Shown: positions 24,368 to 37,036 of the stretch, in pieces
Layout of the letters: each line of letters opens with the position of its first letter
Numbering within the stretch: position 1 is the stretch's first letter
Assembly: GCA_963514005.1 (NCBI GenBank)
Contig: OY740786.1
Coordinates: 37,696,001-37,760,000, forward strand
From: Raja brachyura
Taxonomy: Eukaryota
DNA length: 64,000 nucleotides
Direction of reading: 5' to 3'
Notes under the pieces: generated by a model
Told to the model about the DNA's origin: nothing
The model's input: the letters and a program-made list of their open reading frames with translations, nothing else
The model's database searches: none
Position numbers and translations under genes: made by a program

Positions 24368-27300
24368 TTGCGTTAACTGTAAGGGACGCATGATATTCTG
24401 AAATATGCAGTAAATCGTGAATGGTCTCAACTCATTTTCTTTTCCTCAGTTAGTAGAACTTGGTTGGCGTTTCCGAAAAGGGGCCAGATTGGGTTTGATG
24501 TGAATCCTGGTAAGGTTCCGGTCACTTCCTGTCTAGCAACACCATAAAATTGAGATCCTTAAGGGGAAAAAACACCTGACAAGTGCTGAATTTCGCCGAA
24601 GGCCGAGTCATATCCCAGGAGAACCTAGTAAACTTAAATTTCTCTTTCCCACACCCAACTGTTACAACAGTGCGTTACACACCGTTCTCAATATTTCTTT
24701 AACGTAGAAATATGAACTCGCGAAGTTACGTTTTACTTCTCTTAATTTCGTTTTCATATAAATTAAACCCTTGCCACAACAATGTACAGTCCGTGAAACC
24801 TTATCACTGAGATGACTCAATAATAACTCCTCTTATGTTGCCCATGTTGGAACACAATTAATTCAATTAGTAAACGGCGTATATATGTTGAAGATGTTGT
24901 CATGTGCCAAGCATCAGCTCACGGCTTTATACTTTGCAGCAGGCAGGAAGAGACGTTAAATAATTAAGGAAACTAACATCCTATTAAAATTATAGCTTCG
25001 TAGCTTCGAGCTTTTTTTGTTCAATGTCATGTGCAAATAAAATCGTAACTATTGAGGTGGTCACACATTATGGTGCTGGGGGTGGGATGGTGTTTTGCAG
25101 TAACCGCTAATGACCGCTGGTCATCTTTGAGAGTACCCTGTTCTGTTTTATTTGAAAAGGTCAGACTATTTTCTCTCTCTCTCTCTCTCTGAGATTCCCT
25201 GATCGTTTTGGGAGGTGCTGGCATGGTTGAAAAAGGTGGGGTAGCTGGTGGTTCTGGTGTGTTTCCTTTTGATTAATAGATACATGTGGCAAACGGCCCG
25301 ACATATGGTGTGCGAAGCAGCTTGAAATGGTACCTTAGGCATCCCCTACGGCGATTAACATATTAGAGGCTTTTGTGCAGTCAGACAGTCAGACTTCATC
25401 TTCTGTATGCCTCGTAAAGTCAGAGCACCAGAGCTGTTTGATATGCTTTCAATAATGCATTACTCCAATGACAGACTTATACTTAAAGGGATCTCAGCTC
25501 TAATGCCTTTTATATTTAAAAAAAATCACTTTAAAATAGAGGTTCAAAGAGTTGAGTGAAACTGCTATCTCCAGTGCTCCTTGTAGAATTTCAAACTTCA
25601 AATGAGACTGCCATATAAACGTTGTTGTCGAGATGCTCTGCACAAAATTTATGTAGTATGGAATGTAGTGGTGACACTTTTCAATGAGGACCCGAACATG
25701 TCAACAAGCATCTGACTGCATTGCAACTACTTTCTGATGTTATTTCAGAACCATTGTTATGCTACTTTAGTCTGGAAATCCTTTAAAGTTGGGTAAACGC
25801 AGTCGTTATGTTGCCATTACATTTGCTTGGCAGTTGTTTATTGCGAGTGTGTTCGAAGATAAAACGGCAGGCTCCTTGACATTTAGAATGGTTATGTACA
25901 TAGATAGTGTTTTCTCTGGTAAATTCAATACAGAAAGGTATAAGTTCCGTGAAGATTTGAAATTAGATCTGGTAACTGAGACGGGACAGCAACTGGTGGG
26001 CTATATCCTTAGAACACATTTTCTTCCTCAAAGAAAGTATTATAGTTAACAAAAGTGATATAAATTATATTTTATTTTCTGTGATGCACATGCCTCTAGT
26101 TTTCCTGCTATTGACCCACGGTCGTCTGGGTCGTTGGGGTTGTGGGGGGGGGGGGCTTTTCAAAGAAATACCTCGCAAAGAAATACCTCGCAATGTTATT
26201 CAAAGCAATACACAAACTCAAGAAGAGCTTCTCAAAATCTACCTGCTCAACAATTTACAAAGAGAGCGAAATTATCCAGTTCGTTGCATGCCTTCAGCAT
26301 CCGTAGAAATTATTTATTCGACGTTAATTCCACATCACTATGATAGCTGTATAATGTTTAAGATTTACAAATCGGGTTGGTTCTCACCAAAGAAAGCCGA
26401 CATTCATATGACAGTGGTGTATGACGGTAATTATAATTTGAGAATGCGGAGGACGGAGCAGGGAGGTGATGAAAATAATGTAGATCCCAGAATTCCAGTT
26501 ATTCCAGAAAGAGGAAAACGATGCATTGCGTTCACTTTTATTCCAGTCACTGGATTATAAATGTAGGTTTATGGCTGTGTATTAATTAATCGATGAAAGA
26601 TCACAAGCTAAATTCAATTATATCTTGTAAATGTCAACAAAAAAGTTTTGAAAACTTTCGCATAAACTGCATGGTACACGTTAAATAAACAATTGCTAGT
26701 GCTATAATTTTACAACCTTGATAAGTCGAAGCTTTTTCTCTCCTCTTCGTTCCTTCCATTGTCCATCGTGGGCAATACACGCTGAAGACATTTCATGCAT
26801 TTCTAAAATCGTTTCTTACTTTATCAGGGAGTCCGATTCAAATTTAGACGCGACGACTCCTGCTGCTCCGTGAACATTTAACGGTACTCGCTGCACTTCT
26901 TGCATTTCGCCTTGTTGCTGCAAAGTAATCTGCTATCAGGATGTATTAGATGAAATTATCGGTATACCAGGTCGCAGTGAATTATTTTATTGAATTTTGT
27001 TATTAAATATCTCACGGTCACAATGCCCCAAACAACTAGTTTGCAAAAGAAAAGCCCTTTGCTCAAGACCTATAACAGATACTTAAGACAAAGTAAATGT
27101 CCTTACCCCATAAACGTGTCTCGTTCTTGGCAGGCAAAAGTCAGACAATGGCTATAAATATAGCATTTTGTCGGGGAATGACTGCAGCTGTGGCTCTTTT
27201 CGTCAGCTCACTGATAAGAAAAAATTCGATTGCTGCCTGAAAATATTGCATTTTATATCACCGAAAGTGATTAATATTGCATTAACTATATTTGACATTT

Positions 27301-27934
27301 TTAAACGCGCTTTATTTCGGTATAGACTTAATCAATTTATTGAGAAACTGCCGAGATGTAAATGTTCATGAAATATATATTATATATAATATAACAATAT
27401 ATAATATTATGTATTATATAACATATATAATGTACGCACATCAAAAATGTGGTTGCAAAGCACAGGAAAAAGACATGAGATGTTCTTCTTTAGCATGTCT
27501 CCCCTTTAGCATGAACCCCTTCCAACCCCCCCCCCCCAAACTAATATAATCTGTAATCAACTCTTTGATGAGGGAAAAGTCATGCTAATGTTACAGTTAA
27601 ATTATTCTGACACAGTCCCGAGACACAGAGGTCTCAAGTTTCATTAAATGTTTATTGTCACTACCTGACTGCCTGAGAATTCCTTGTGTAAATGATTTTC
27701 CCGTAGACTGATCAAACAGTGAGGAGATGTAAAATGAATCCCAGTGTTTCGAGCGTAGCTAATCCCTCTTACAAAACTACAACGTGTCAAGTCCATATAA
27801 AATTAAGAGACAATTATATTATAAATCGGTATGTATAAGTAGACTGGCACGAAATAATTTTATGATAAATAATCGCCATGCATGGGACAATTCTTAACCC
27901 ATTTGGAAGTGGTCCTCGCTAGCTTGACCTCTGA

Positions 27935-27952
27935 CACTGCCATCTAGTGTTG
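27935..27952 (-). promoter_or_regulatory. CTCF-like motif CAACACTAGATGGCAGTG
   Basis: Close match to the CCASYAGRKGGCRS consensus. Confidence 0.5.
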
Positions 27953-30372
27953 ATTTTACATTGTCGTTGATTCAACAAAGCCACTTTGCAATCTAAACTG
28001 TCAGCATATAAAACCTGTAAAAAAAACAACTGTGGAGATGACTAGTACGTGGGTTCATTGACGAGATTTGATTCGGTGTAGTTATTACTTTTACAAGGGA
28101 ATGATCGGTGTCATGTTTTATCTGTGATATCCACCTGGTAATGGCAATAGCGAGTTAAAGTTAACACTTGTCCATTCAATCTTTAAAGATCTGCAGCATG
28201 TTTTATTTTATTTTAAAAACACTTTTTTTTCTAGGAACACTTTTCTGGCATATTATACATTAATCATATTTAGCATCATTGCAGAAAGTCAAATGAATTA
28301 TGCTTAGTTCTTTGCTGAGATTAACCTCGGAACATTTCAACCCTTCAAGATATGAATAAACGCTGTGAATTTCAGACACATCTCTTTGTCTTTTTCTATT
28401 CCCGGTGATTTGCGGTTTTGCTGGTCAGCCAATTTTGGTCGCAATGGCTTCTCCCGCGCTTTAAAATTAGTTTTTTTTTAAAAATCTGTGCGTTGCGTAG
28501 ATTTTTCCAATATAAATTATTCTTCTGTTTGTGTCTGTGAGGAAGAAAGCGGTGGTTGGGTTGCGGGATGCGTTGGTTGAATTGCGGACGAGATTGCCTA
28601 AATTGGAGGCAAACAATTGCCAGCATTTTTCAACACTAATGTCAGTGCTTTTTTTGGTAACCTCTGACGTCAAAACAAGTCGAGAAGTCACTGAGAAACA
28701 GAAGGAAATAAATCAGTTCCTAAATGTAATTAAAAAATTATTGTAAATTAAATAAAGTTCAAAGTGTTTAAGAGCCTACTGGGACATTTTTTTTATCAAA
28801 GCTGATTTTCGTTTCAAAGAAGGTTTGCACCGTGCCACACAACAAAGCTGTCGTGACAACAATTACTAAAGTTTTAATTAGCCTCTTGTCATCGTTCGTT
28901 TTATTAATTTGTTGAATCTCCAAACATGAATTATTTACAATGAATTGCAATTACATTTGTAAGAAAGATCTAGCATTACGTAAAAAAACGTAGATATGCG
29001 ATCATTTTCGGGTCGGACACATAAGCTCCAGTTTCAAAGACTATGGTTATTACAGTAGAAATTATTTAATTAATAACAGTTGTATCTGGTGCGTGAGTAT
29101 TTCCATATCTTACAATATTGCAAAATTTAAGTCGCATTTGGCTTAATGGAAAATATGTTTGCAATTAAAAAATAATTATGATATGCAATTAAATTAAACT
29201 CACAGCAAATCACTATAAAATAGCGCATTTTACTACGAAATTATGCGAATTGTCTATTTCAAATTCAAGATATAATCGTATTTAAAATAACAATTTAATG
29301 GCAGACCAAACGCTCACGTGACCACGTCAGCGGCAAAGGTGCAATTCAAGGGAATTGTTTCAGCAGTAATTTAAAACTGGGTCTTCTTCAGGCAATGCCC
29401 ATGGTTTCTGAAATAAACATCGGTTTCTCTGCAGCACTGGTGCGTTTATCTTGTTGAAGCAGTAGAGAAATTAGCCAAGGTATCAGACAAGAAGAAAATC
29501 AATAGGATCATGGCAGTGAATGTCTATTATTCATTTATGATGGTTTAATATAAGTTGAAACCAATTGCCGTACAAGTGTTACATGCGAAATCCACAGTTC
29601 TCACATTATTCCTTGTGGGTTGTGACCTATAATTATCAGCGACTTTCTCTATGATTAAGGCGATGTAGAGCAGTGTGAGCAGAAATACGTACAACTGTTC
29701 ATTTCTTTACACCCCGCGGAAAGGCGAGATCACAGCTGTTAGAAGTTAATCTTAAAGTATTTCTGGAGCAAAAAAAAAACATACTTTACGGACAGTTGCA
29801 TTCCCACATTTTTGCTGAAGGTAGCAAAGGGTTTAAAATTTAATTACATTTAATTAAACGTGTATTCTTTGTTTGTTAATACACATATATTGTGTATTGT
29901 ATCCGATTTGATTAAACTGCGTGAAGACATTGTATCTTATTAACCACGCACTTTCGTTTACATTTGATTTGACATAGCTCTATCATAATAAGAACAATAT
30001 TTGTGGAGTTATGAGATCTTATCAATGCAACAATTTGTGGGGGGGGGGGGGGAGAGATTAAGGGTACGTGAATCATTTACATGCATAAATGGACGAGAGC
30101 GTCGCGCTCAATTTAGTAATTCCGTTTATTCACAAGTAATGATTGCAACATTGGTGCGTTGCCAGAGTGGACGCAAAGTGCAGTTATAAGACTTCACTCC
30201 AAACGCGTTTACAAATAACCAGTCCCAGAAAGGTCCGCTGGAGATACATCCGTATTTTGTATTCATTATAGTGCGCTCACCCCTTCTATTTTAAACGACG
30301 AAAAAATATTAGAACCCAAAAGTTAACCTTAAACGGTTCAAACTGAGACCCAAACTAAAAGTGTTCCACTAG

Positions 30373-30387
30373 TGCAGTAGGTGGCAT
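30373..30387 (+). promoter_or_regulatory. CTCF-like motif TGCAGTAGGTGGCAT
   Basis: Match to the CTCF core CASYAGRKGGC; weaker flanks. Confidence 0.35.
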
Positions 30388-30849
30388 CACAAACGTGCCC
30401 AATGATGTTTCCATAAGTGCAAGCGTGACGACAGGGAACGCATATTACTATGGTTTAAAGTACATTGGGGGGGGGGGGGGGGGCGGGGGGTGTTTTCGAG
30501 TTGCTACTTTGATCATGAATGCAAAAACTCAAATGTCCCAATTTGGAAACTAATAACAGCAACGCGTAAACGTCTGGAAACCATTTCCATATGGAATTAT
30601 TGCTTATACGCATAATTGGGATATCCACAATTAAGAATTAATTTGGACTGCTCCAATTTTCGAATATGTGCATGCTTCCCTTTGCTGCTTTGGTGCGTAG
30701 TCATAGTTTACACGGTGACGATAACATTTAGAAACTTATTTCTTATATCGATGCTTTAAGGATACCTCCAACCTTTCAGTTCTTTTTATCATCTAAGATC
30801 AAGTGTTATCAAAATTAAGCAAATAAATGCTACATCTATAAACAGACAA

Positions 30850-32463
30850 ACGTTACCGTTATTTTCTTTTCTTTATTTGTAAATGTGCGAAGAAGACACA
30901 TCTCCCTGTTGTATTTGGCTTACAGAAATAATTTAAATAAATAAGTAAATAAATTTAAAAAACACAATTCAGGAGAAAGCTTGGCAAATATACATTGGAC
31001 AGGGATTGACTTAAAGTGAGACATTTTTTTAAATGTATGATGCACACGTGGCTGCGGTTTGTAAACACACATGTGCGCAAATTATAAAGTTATTTACAAT
31101 AAACATCTATGTACAATTATAAACAGGGTCGGAATGTTGTGTCTAGTGAAAACAGGCAGTTAACAGTGAAATCACACTATCCACAAGGTCTATCAAGCTA
31201 CTCTATAGTGTTCATTTCAGTTCCAATGCATAGAATGTTTGCGCTGCAAACGGATAATAAAACAATGTTTTTGTATCGAATCCATAGGCGCCAAATTCGG
31301 TATCCATCCTCAGATCATGCAGTTATTTTGCCTCTGCGCACGTATTTTAGATGCCCATAAAGGAGATATTCCTTCCCAAAATAGAATCAATAATTCAGTG
31401 TGAATATTTTATGCGCAAACTTTTGGTAGTCCTATATCAAGCTTCGATGCAAGCATCGCTTGGAATTTTGATCGTAAACCATAATACACTAACATGTTTT
31501 CCAACCAGTACAATATACTAAATTCTGCAACATATTTTAGTGCAATTACCAAAACGGAGTGCCGACAGCTAATGCCCGTTACATTTCACGAAAAAGGTGA
31601 TTTGCTCAGCATGCAGACCTTTGGAAACGATTATCACTGTAAAATGTCAATTGTGTGATTATTTTTATATCTTTTTTATCTCTTTTTCTAAGAATCCAAA
31701 ATAAATAATAATGACGCTATAACTTGATTCGAATAAATACTGTTTCAAACAGCAAATCAAGTCAGATTATCTACAAAGCACGCCTGTGCCGTGGTTTCCC
31801 TTGAAGGAATGCTGTACTTGGGGAAACTATATTCTTATAGTGCCCTTAACTTGTACTCGAATGTGGAGTGACAAGACCATTATCGCTGCCGTTGTCAGAT
31901 CTGCCTGAGTTTGTTTAATATATATATATAACTGTAGCAATTGCCTTCTGAGAGTCAGAAAGACAATCTCAAACGGCATCGGATTCGCTGAACTTGATCG
32001 TAACCAAACACGAGTTGTGATAAATATAAACGGGTAAAATGAAACGAACTACAGCTTCAACAAAATACTGTAACGTGAAATAACACTGAAGTGACTGAAC
32101 ATCAATCAACTTTCTTTCAGATGTAGCCTTCTTAACGAGATGGGGGCCGAGCAGGCTCGGACCCCACAGTTTTATCTAGCAACTGGGCGATCTGATTTAC
32201 CTGTGATTTGCATACTTCACCAATAACGTGAAAAATTAACATAAACATCACGATGTGTCGAAAACCGGCGATTTTGGCATGGTCGTCATTAAACGCGTTT
32301 CTGCCTTTGCAAACCTCCGTTCGCTCCGCTACACAGTCCTGGACCCAAGTCTGGTGTCAATAGGGGAGGAACAACTGTTCCTTGGGCGACCCTCCCTTAC
32401 CAATTGTCCGTTGCTAAACTAAGTCAGCCACGCAAAGGGTTATCCCCCAGCTGCCGCTTGCGG
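30850..32463 (-). other. Probable POU4F1 3' UTR (~1.6 kb) with AATAAA at 30877-30872
   Basis: Repeat-free, AU-rich sequence after the stop codon. AATAAA is followed ~20-30 nt later by a GU-rich element (GTTTGTCTGTT). The end point is inferred. Confidence 0.55.
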
Positions 32464-33450
32464 CTAGTGGTTGGCGGAAAATTTCATCCGTTTCTGCTTC
32501 TGTCTTTGATTGCAAAACCATACCCTAACCACGTTCTTTTTCAGGTCCAGTTTTTCGGCGATGGCCGCAATCTTTTCCGAGGACGGTCGAGGTTGCACGG
32601 CGAAGTAAGCTTCCAAGGAGCGCTTCTCCGGGGCGGCAATCGACGTCCTTTTGCGCTTCTTCTCGCCGCCGTTGAAGAGGTCGGGCTTGCTGAGTTTCTC
32701 GCGGTGAGCGCCCTCCGCCTCTTCCAGCCAAGCTTGTAGAATGGGCTTGAGAGCGATCATGTTGTTGTGGGACAGGGTCAGTGACTCGAACCTGCAGATG
32801 GTGCTCTGGCTGAGCGAGCCCACTCCCGGGATCTTCAAGTTCGCCAGGGCCGAGCCCACGTCGGCCTGGGTCACTCCCAGTTTGATCCTCCTCTGCTTAA
32901 AGCGCTCGGCGAAAGCTTCCAGCTCCCGCGGGTCGGCGTCCACGTCGTTGAGGGTGGGCATGCCGGGGGCCACGCCGTGAGCCGCCAGCCCATGAGGGTG
33001 CGGGGTCATGTTCAGGGCGCTCTGGTGGTGGGGGTGGTGGTGGTGAGGGTGATGAGGGTGTGGGCTGCTGAGGTGGCCCAGGCCGTGCATGTGTGCAGGG
33101 TGCGAGGTGGGCACCACCCCACTTTCTCCGTTACCGGCCTGGGCCATGGCCCCGGCCAAGCTCAGCGAGGAACTGCTCAGGTGGTCGAGAAGCTCTCCGG
33201 GGTCCAAGGTCTGGTGAGGTTGGTGGTGGTGATGGTGGTGGTGGTGATGGTGCGAGGACAAAGCGGACGGATGCGGCAGCGGCGCGGTCGAGTTAGACGT
33301 GCATGGCACACTATTCATGGTGTGGTAAGTGGCATCCGGCTTGTATGGGTGGCTCTTGCCTTGAGATACGGCGATATCCACGGCAGCCAGAGCCTCGGCG
33401 CGGGCCAGGAGAGTTTCATCCAAGCTGGCGAAGATATTGTTCTGCAGTTG
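32464..33450 (-). CDS. POU4F1: POU4F1 (Brn3a) coding exon 2: POU-IV box, His tracts, POU-specific domain and homeodomain
   Basis: Polypyrimidine-TAG acceptor at 33451-33452, then QLQNNIFASLDETLLARAEALAAVDIAVSQGKSHP. POU-specific domain DPRELEAFAERFKQRRIKLGVTQADVG; homeodomain ending VRVWFCNQRQKQKRMKFSA. DETLLARAE, the KFSA end and adjacency to OBI1 favour POU4F1 over POU4F2/3. Confidence 0.95.
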   Translation of the reverse strand, partial: QLQNNIFASLDETLLARAEALAAVDIAVSQGKSHPYKPDATYHTMNSVPCTSNSTAPLPHPSALSSHHHHHHHHHHQPHQTLDPGELLDHLSSSSLSLAGAMAQAGNGESGVVPTSHPAHMHGLGHLSSPHPHHPHHHHPHHQSALNMTPHPHGLAAHGVAPGMPTLNDVDADPRELEAFAERFKQRRIKLGVTQADVGSALANLKIPGVGSLSQSTICRFESLTLSHNNMIALKPILQAWLEEAEGAHREKLSKPDLFNGGEKKRKRTSIAAPEKRSLEAYFAVQPRPSSEKIAAIAEKLDLKKNVVRVWFCNQRQKQKRMKFSANH

Positions 33451-33822
33451 CTACCAGAAAGACACAGAAAGGCCAAAATATGATCAACAAACCAATTCTC
33501 AATGGGAGAAAATTGAGAAAACACTTTAAAAACATTACTTTATACCTTCAGAATGAAGGGAGCCTAGTTGCGATTTTGCCATGCCTATTGTAGAAGGCTT
33601 GCAACTCTAAACCAAATTTTAACAATTGAATTGTTAAATTGCACGGCAGAAATTTAGCAACTCAAACCAAAATCAGAAAGGAGTTCAAGTTGCAGTCTTG
33701 CTGCAGTCTGCAAGTAAGGATGATGGTTTACGTGGGTAACAACAACACATTTTAAGCAGCATCTGTCCGACGCGTTCACCACAGACACACACAGAAAGGG
33801 AGATAGTTGCATCGCTACATAC

Positions 33823-33945
33823 CGGCGGCGCTGGCAGGCAGGCTCTCCTTATTGCTTCCGAGCTGGAGTGTAGAGAAGTGTACTTGTGCTCAGGTAGGGT
33901 ATGATGCATGCCGAAGGCTGGCTGCTTGCTGTTCATGGACATCAT
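33823..33945 (-). CDS. POU4F1: POU4F1 (Brn3a) coding exon 1, 41 aa MMSMNSKQPAFGMHHTLPEHKYTSLHSSSEAIRRACLPAPP
   Basis: ATG at 33945. The translation matches the vertebrate POU4F1 N-terminus (MMSMNSKQP...LHSSSEAIRRACLP). It ends at a phase-0 GTATGT donor (33822). The intron is 372 nt. Confidence 0.95.
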
Positions 33946-34560
33946 TTTGAACACTGTACATAAGGATGCCAGAGAGAGGAAATGAAACTGCAACAGTATT
34001 TAAAAGGAAGTAAAAGTTCACAGTATATATATATATATACTATATATATATTTATATATATATTTATAAATGCATTTATGGTTTTTAATGTAAATAAATA
34101 TGAAGCGACAGGCCGCTGTACTGCCTGCACACCCAGGCTCTGTGCGCGTCTCTCTCACTCACTGCTGTCTCCCTATTACTGCTGGGCTAGACAGATGAGG
34201 CGCTTACACCTGCTTCCGAGTCTCGTCCCATCCCCTCTGCATTCGCGCGAGATGTGCTCCCCCTCCTTCCTCCCTCCCTCCCCACTACCACTGTCCATAA
34301 TCCGGAGCAGCGCATGAGAACCGGATGTCGCCAGGCAGAGGGAGGGAAGGAGGGAAGGAGGGAGGGGTGTGACAGACAGCGTGAGGGACCTCTGACCACC
34401 CTCTCCAAAGCGTGCGTCTTGTGATCCGCGCTGCGCCTCGCCGCTCCCGGCCCCCGGTCACCGGCGATTGACAACCTGCTCCCCCCCCCCCCCACCCCCA
34501 CTCCTTTCAAACTCTGGCTGCAAACCCAGATATGGAAACTACAGATCCCGGCGTACAGCT
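33946..34560 (-). promoter_or_regulatory. POU4F1 5' UTR / proximal promoter (CpG-rich, TA-rich tract, purine/pyrimidine tracts)
   Basis: GC/CpG-rich unique sequence immediately upstream of the ATG. The transcription start cannot be determined from sequence. Confidence 0.55.
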
Positions 34561-34735
34561 TCTCTCTCGCCAGTTCAAGGGTCTGAGCGTAAGCACGTGC
34601 AGAAACCAGTGGCAAATAGTTTCATTCACCAGCTACACATCATATGTTGGCCGCCCCCTTGCAGCATCCTGGGAAATATATATCGAATCGATGCCCGGCG
34701 GTATTGTGAGCGTTGTAAGCAATTCAAAAAGAAAT

Positions 34736-34865
34736 ATCTGAAGAAAGGTCTCGACCCGGAACGTCACCTGTCCCTATTCTTCAGAGATGCTGCCTGACCT
34801 GCTGAGTTACTCCAGCTTCTCGAGTCTATCTTCGGTTTAAACCAGCATCTGCAGTTATTTCCCTG
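34736..34865 (+). mobile_element. PLE terminal repeat with mutated hammerhead core (GGAA instead of GAAA)
   Basis: CTGAAGAAAGGTCTCGACCCGGAACGTC at 34738-34765, followed by the family tail AGATGCTGCCTGACCTGCTGAGTTACTCCAGC...CAGCATCTGCAGTT. Confidence 0.75.
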
Positions 34866-36020
34866 CATATTTCAGACAGATATCCAGGCTCCAGTTGGAA
34901 TTACCCCAACAAGTTTTAAGCGCAGCGATACAGCGCATCGTGTAACTGTTGGCTCTGTCTCAAAATGAAGTATTGGCAGCGGAAATAAAACAAGAGGATG
35001 TCAAATTATGCTTGAGCTGTATGCAACCTGGGTTCAGAAGGATATCAGTGGCCGGTGAACAAATATTGCCGTCACTCTTCTTGGAGAGGAGGCATGCCGT
35101 GTGCGCACGCGCACCCAGTACTCCTCAGTGCATGTTCAGTGTCAGTTGGGATGCGAACGGCATGCATTTCTCCTTTTGGCTGGGTAGGATTTAATTATCC
35201 TCCATTAAAGTTTTTTTCTCCCCACTGGCGTGCAACGTCAGACAGTTATTCATGTTAATAACTCTGCAATGCTGTTGCAGCATTTAAGTTCTATCTCGCG
35301 AGAACGTTATTGAAGTAATAATATAATTAAATAGATATATTCCAAAACTCAATTAGAACCGAAGAAGTGAATGGTTGCACTTAATATAATTAATTTGATT
35401 CGGTCTGCGAGCATCGTCGGATAGATTAATGATGAATTAGTTACTTTCAGGAGTTCTGCCTAATAGTCTTGAACTTACATCAATCATTATTCGTAATAAA
35501 CAAAATAGTGGATCGGGGGGGTGGTAATGTTATATATTCTGTAGGCAAGAACAAAGTAATATACACTTTGGAACAACTTTGTTCTACTATTTCAGAAATC
35601 TAAATATTTGAACGTTTCATTAAAAAGAACTCGGAAAAAGTTTAGAGTAGTTATTTTTGCAGAATTGTATAATTCTGTCCTAGAATGTTTAAAAAAAACT
35701 TATATTTATATTTACTTTACGCGTCCAACAATTGTGGTCTCGTTGAATGCGATTCCAGCGAATGATTTCCAACAATCCACCTACTGAAATAATTCATGAT
35801 AAAGAGTTTTTTTTTAAATCTCATGACTCTGTAGATTCAGAGCATGATGGGCTTTAACAATACTTTCCGGTTGTATCTGAAAGTCCAATATATATATGTT
35901 TAATACTTGCATTCTATATCAGTGTACGTTACACATTTTCCCATAGAGTAGTTGGGTGTAAGACGTTTAATTGGAGATCCACTGGGGATTGCCAGGACTG
36001 AAATGTGCTGAGAATAGAAT

Positions 36021-36124
36021 ACTGAAGATAGACACAAAATGCGGGAGTAACTCAGCGGGGCAGGCAGCATCTCTGGAGAGAATGAATGAGTGACGTTTCG
36101 GGTCGAGGCCCTTCTTCAGACTGA
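36021..36124 (-). mobile_element. PLE terminal repeat with intact hammerhead core
   Basis: Minus strand CAGT-CTGAAGAAGGGCCTCGACCCGAAACGTC-ACT (36119-36092). Confidence 0.75.
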
Positions 36125-36496
36125 TTACTTCGGGACAGAACCAAAAACAAATGCTGAGTTTTATCGCTGACCACCGAATGCATTTAAACAGGATGACACC
36201 GAACAATAGTATTGGTCTGTTAATTGTTTATCACTCCACTTTATTAACAATGGTAATCCATTCTAACCGGATTGCCGTTCAGTTCGAATATGTAGTTGAA
36301 ATGCATGTAATGCACAATAATGAATTGAGCTGCAGTGTTCGCGTTATTTTACAATTAATACTAAATTTAATTAAAAAATCAAACTTCGTTGACATAAACT
36401 AAAGTTAGGAAGCACAATATTGGTGGGGGTGATTGTATGCATGGATGCGCTCCCGCTGTTAGTACCGGTGCAGCATAAGTGGAGATAATAACTAAA

Positions 36497-36722
36497 CAAG
36501 GACACAAAATGCTGGAGTAACTCATCGAGCCAGGAAGCATCTCTGGAGAACACGAGCAGGCGATATTTCGGGTCGGAACTCTCAGACTTAAAATCTGTTT
36601 TTTGGCAGGAGGCCATGCGCCTATCCCTGTTCTCCAGAGATGATGTCTGAGCCGATGAGATACTCCGGCACTTTATGCCTTTTCTTTTGCAAACCCCAAT
36701 CCGCTGTTCCCTGCGTCTAGAT
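36497..36722. mobile_element. Decayed fold-back PLE repeat
   Basis: GACACAAAATGCTGGAGTAACTCA... and its inverted copy around an unrelated 26-bp centre. Confidence 0.65.
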
Positions 36723-36825
36723 AGTAACTAAAAGGTCAGATTCGGGGGAAGGCTGAGTATGGTTAGTTTATATTCTTCAACGTAAAAAAGATTTTCGATT
36801 CAATAGTTAAAAGCGACTTAGGGAG

Positions 36826-37036
36826 TGCGTAGGAAGGAACTACAGATGCTGGTTTAAACTGAAGATAGTCACAAAAAGTTGGAGTAACTCTGCGGGTCAG
36901 ACAGCATCTCTGGAGAAAAGGAACAGGTGACATTTCGGGTCTTGACGCTTCTTCGGAGTCGACCCGAAACGTCGCCTATTCGTTTTCTCCAGAGATGCTG
37001 TCTGACACGCTGAGTTACTCCGGCATTTTGTGTCTA
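36826..37036. mobile_element. Fold-back PLE repeat
   Basis: GGAAGGAACTACAGATGCTGG...CATTTCGGGTC / GACCCGAAACGTCGCCTATTC...GCATTTTGTGTCTA. Confidence 0.75.

Noticed and set aside
26081-26560. 159-aa ORF downstream of POU4F1
   Set aside because: Non-ATG start in the track, includes a poly-G run and a local duplication (KEIPR twice), and has no domain signal.
32404-33593. Several plus-strand and alternative-frame ORFs overlapping POU4F1
   Set aside because: These are shadows of GC-rich coding sequence with no recognisable domains.
33685-33993. 102-aa ORF as a standalone protein
   Set aside because: It is POU4F1 exon 1 read through the GT donor into the intron and extended upstream of the real ATG.
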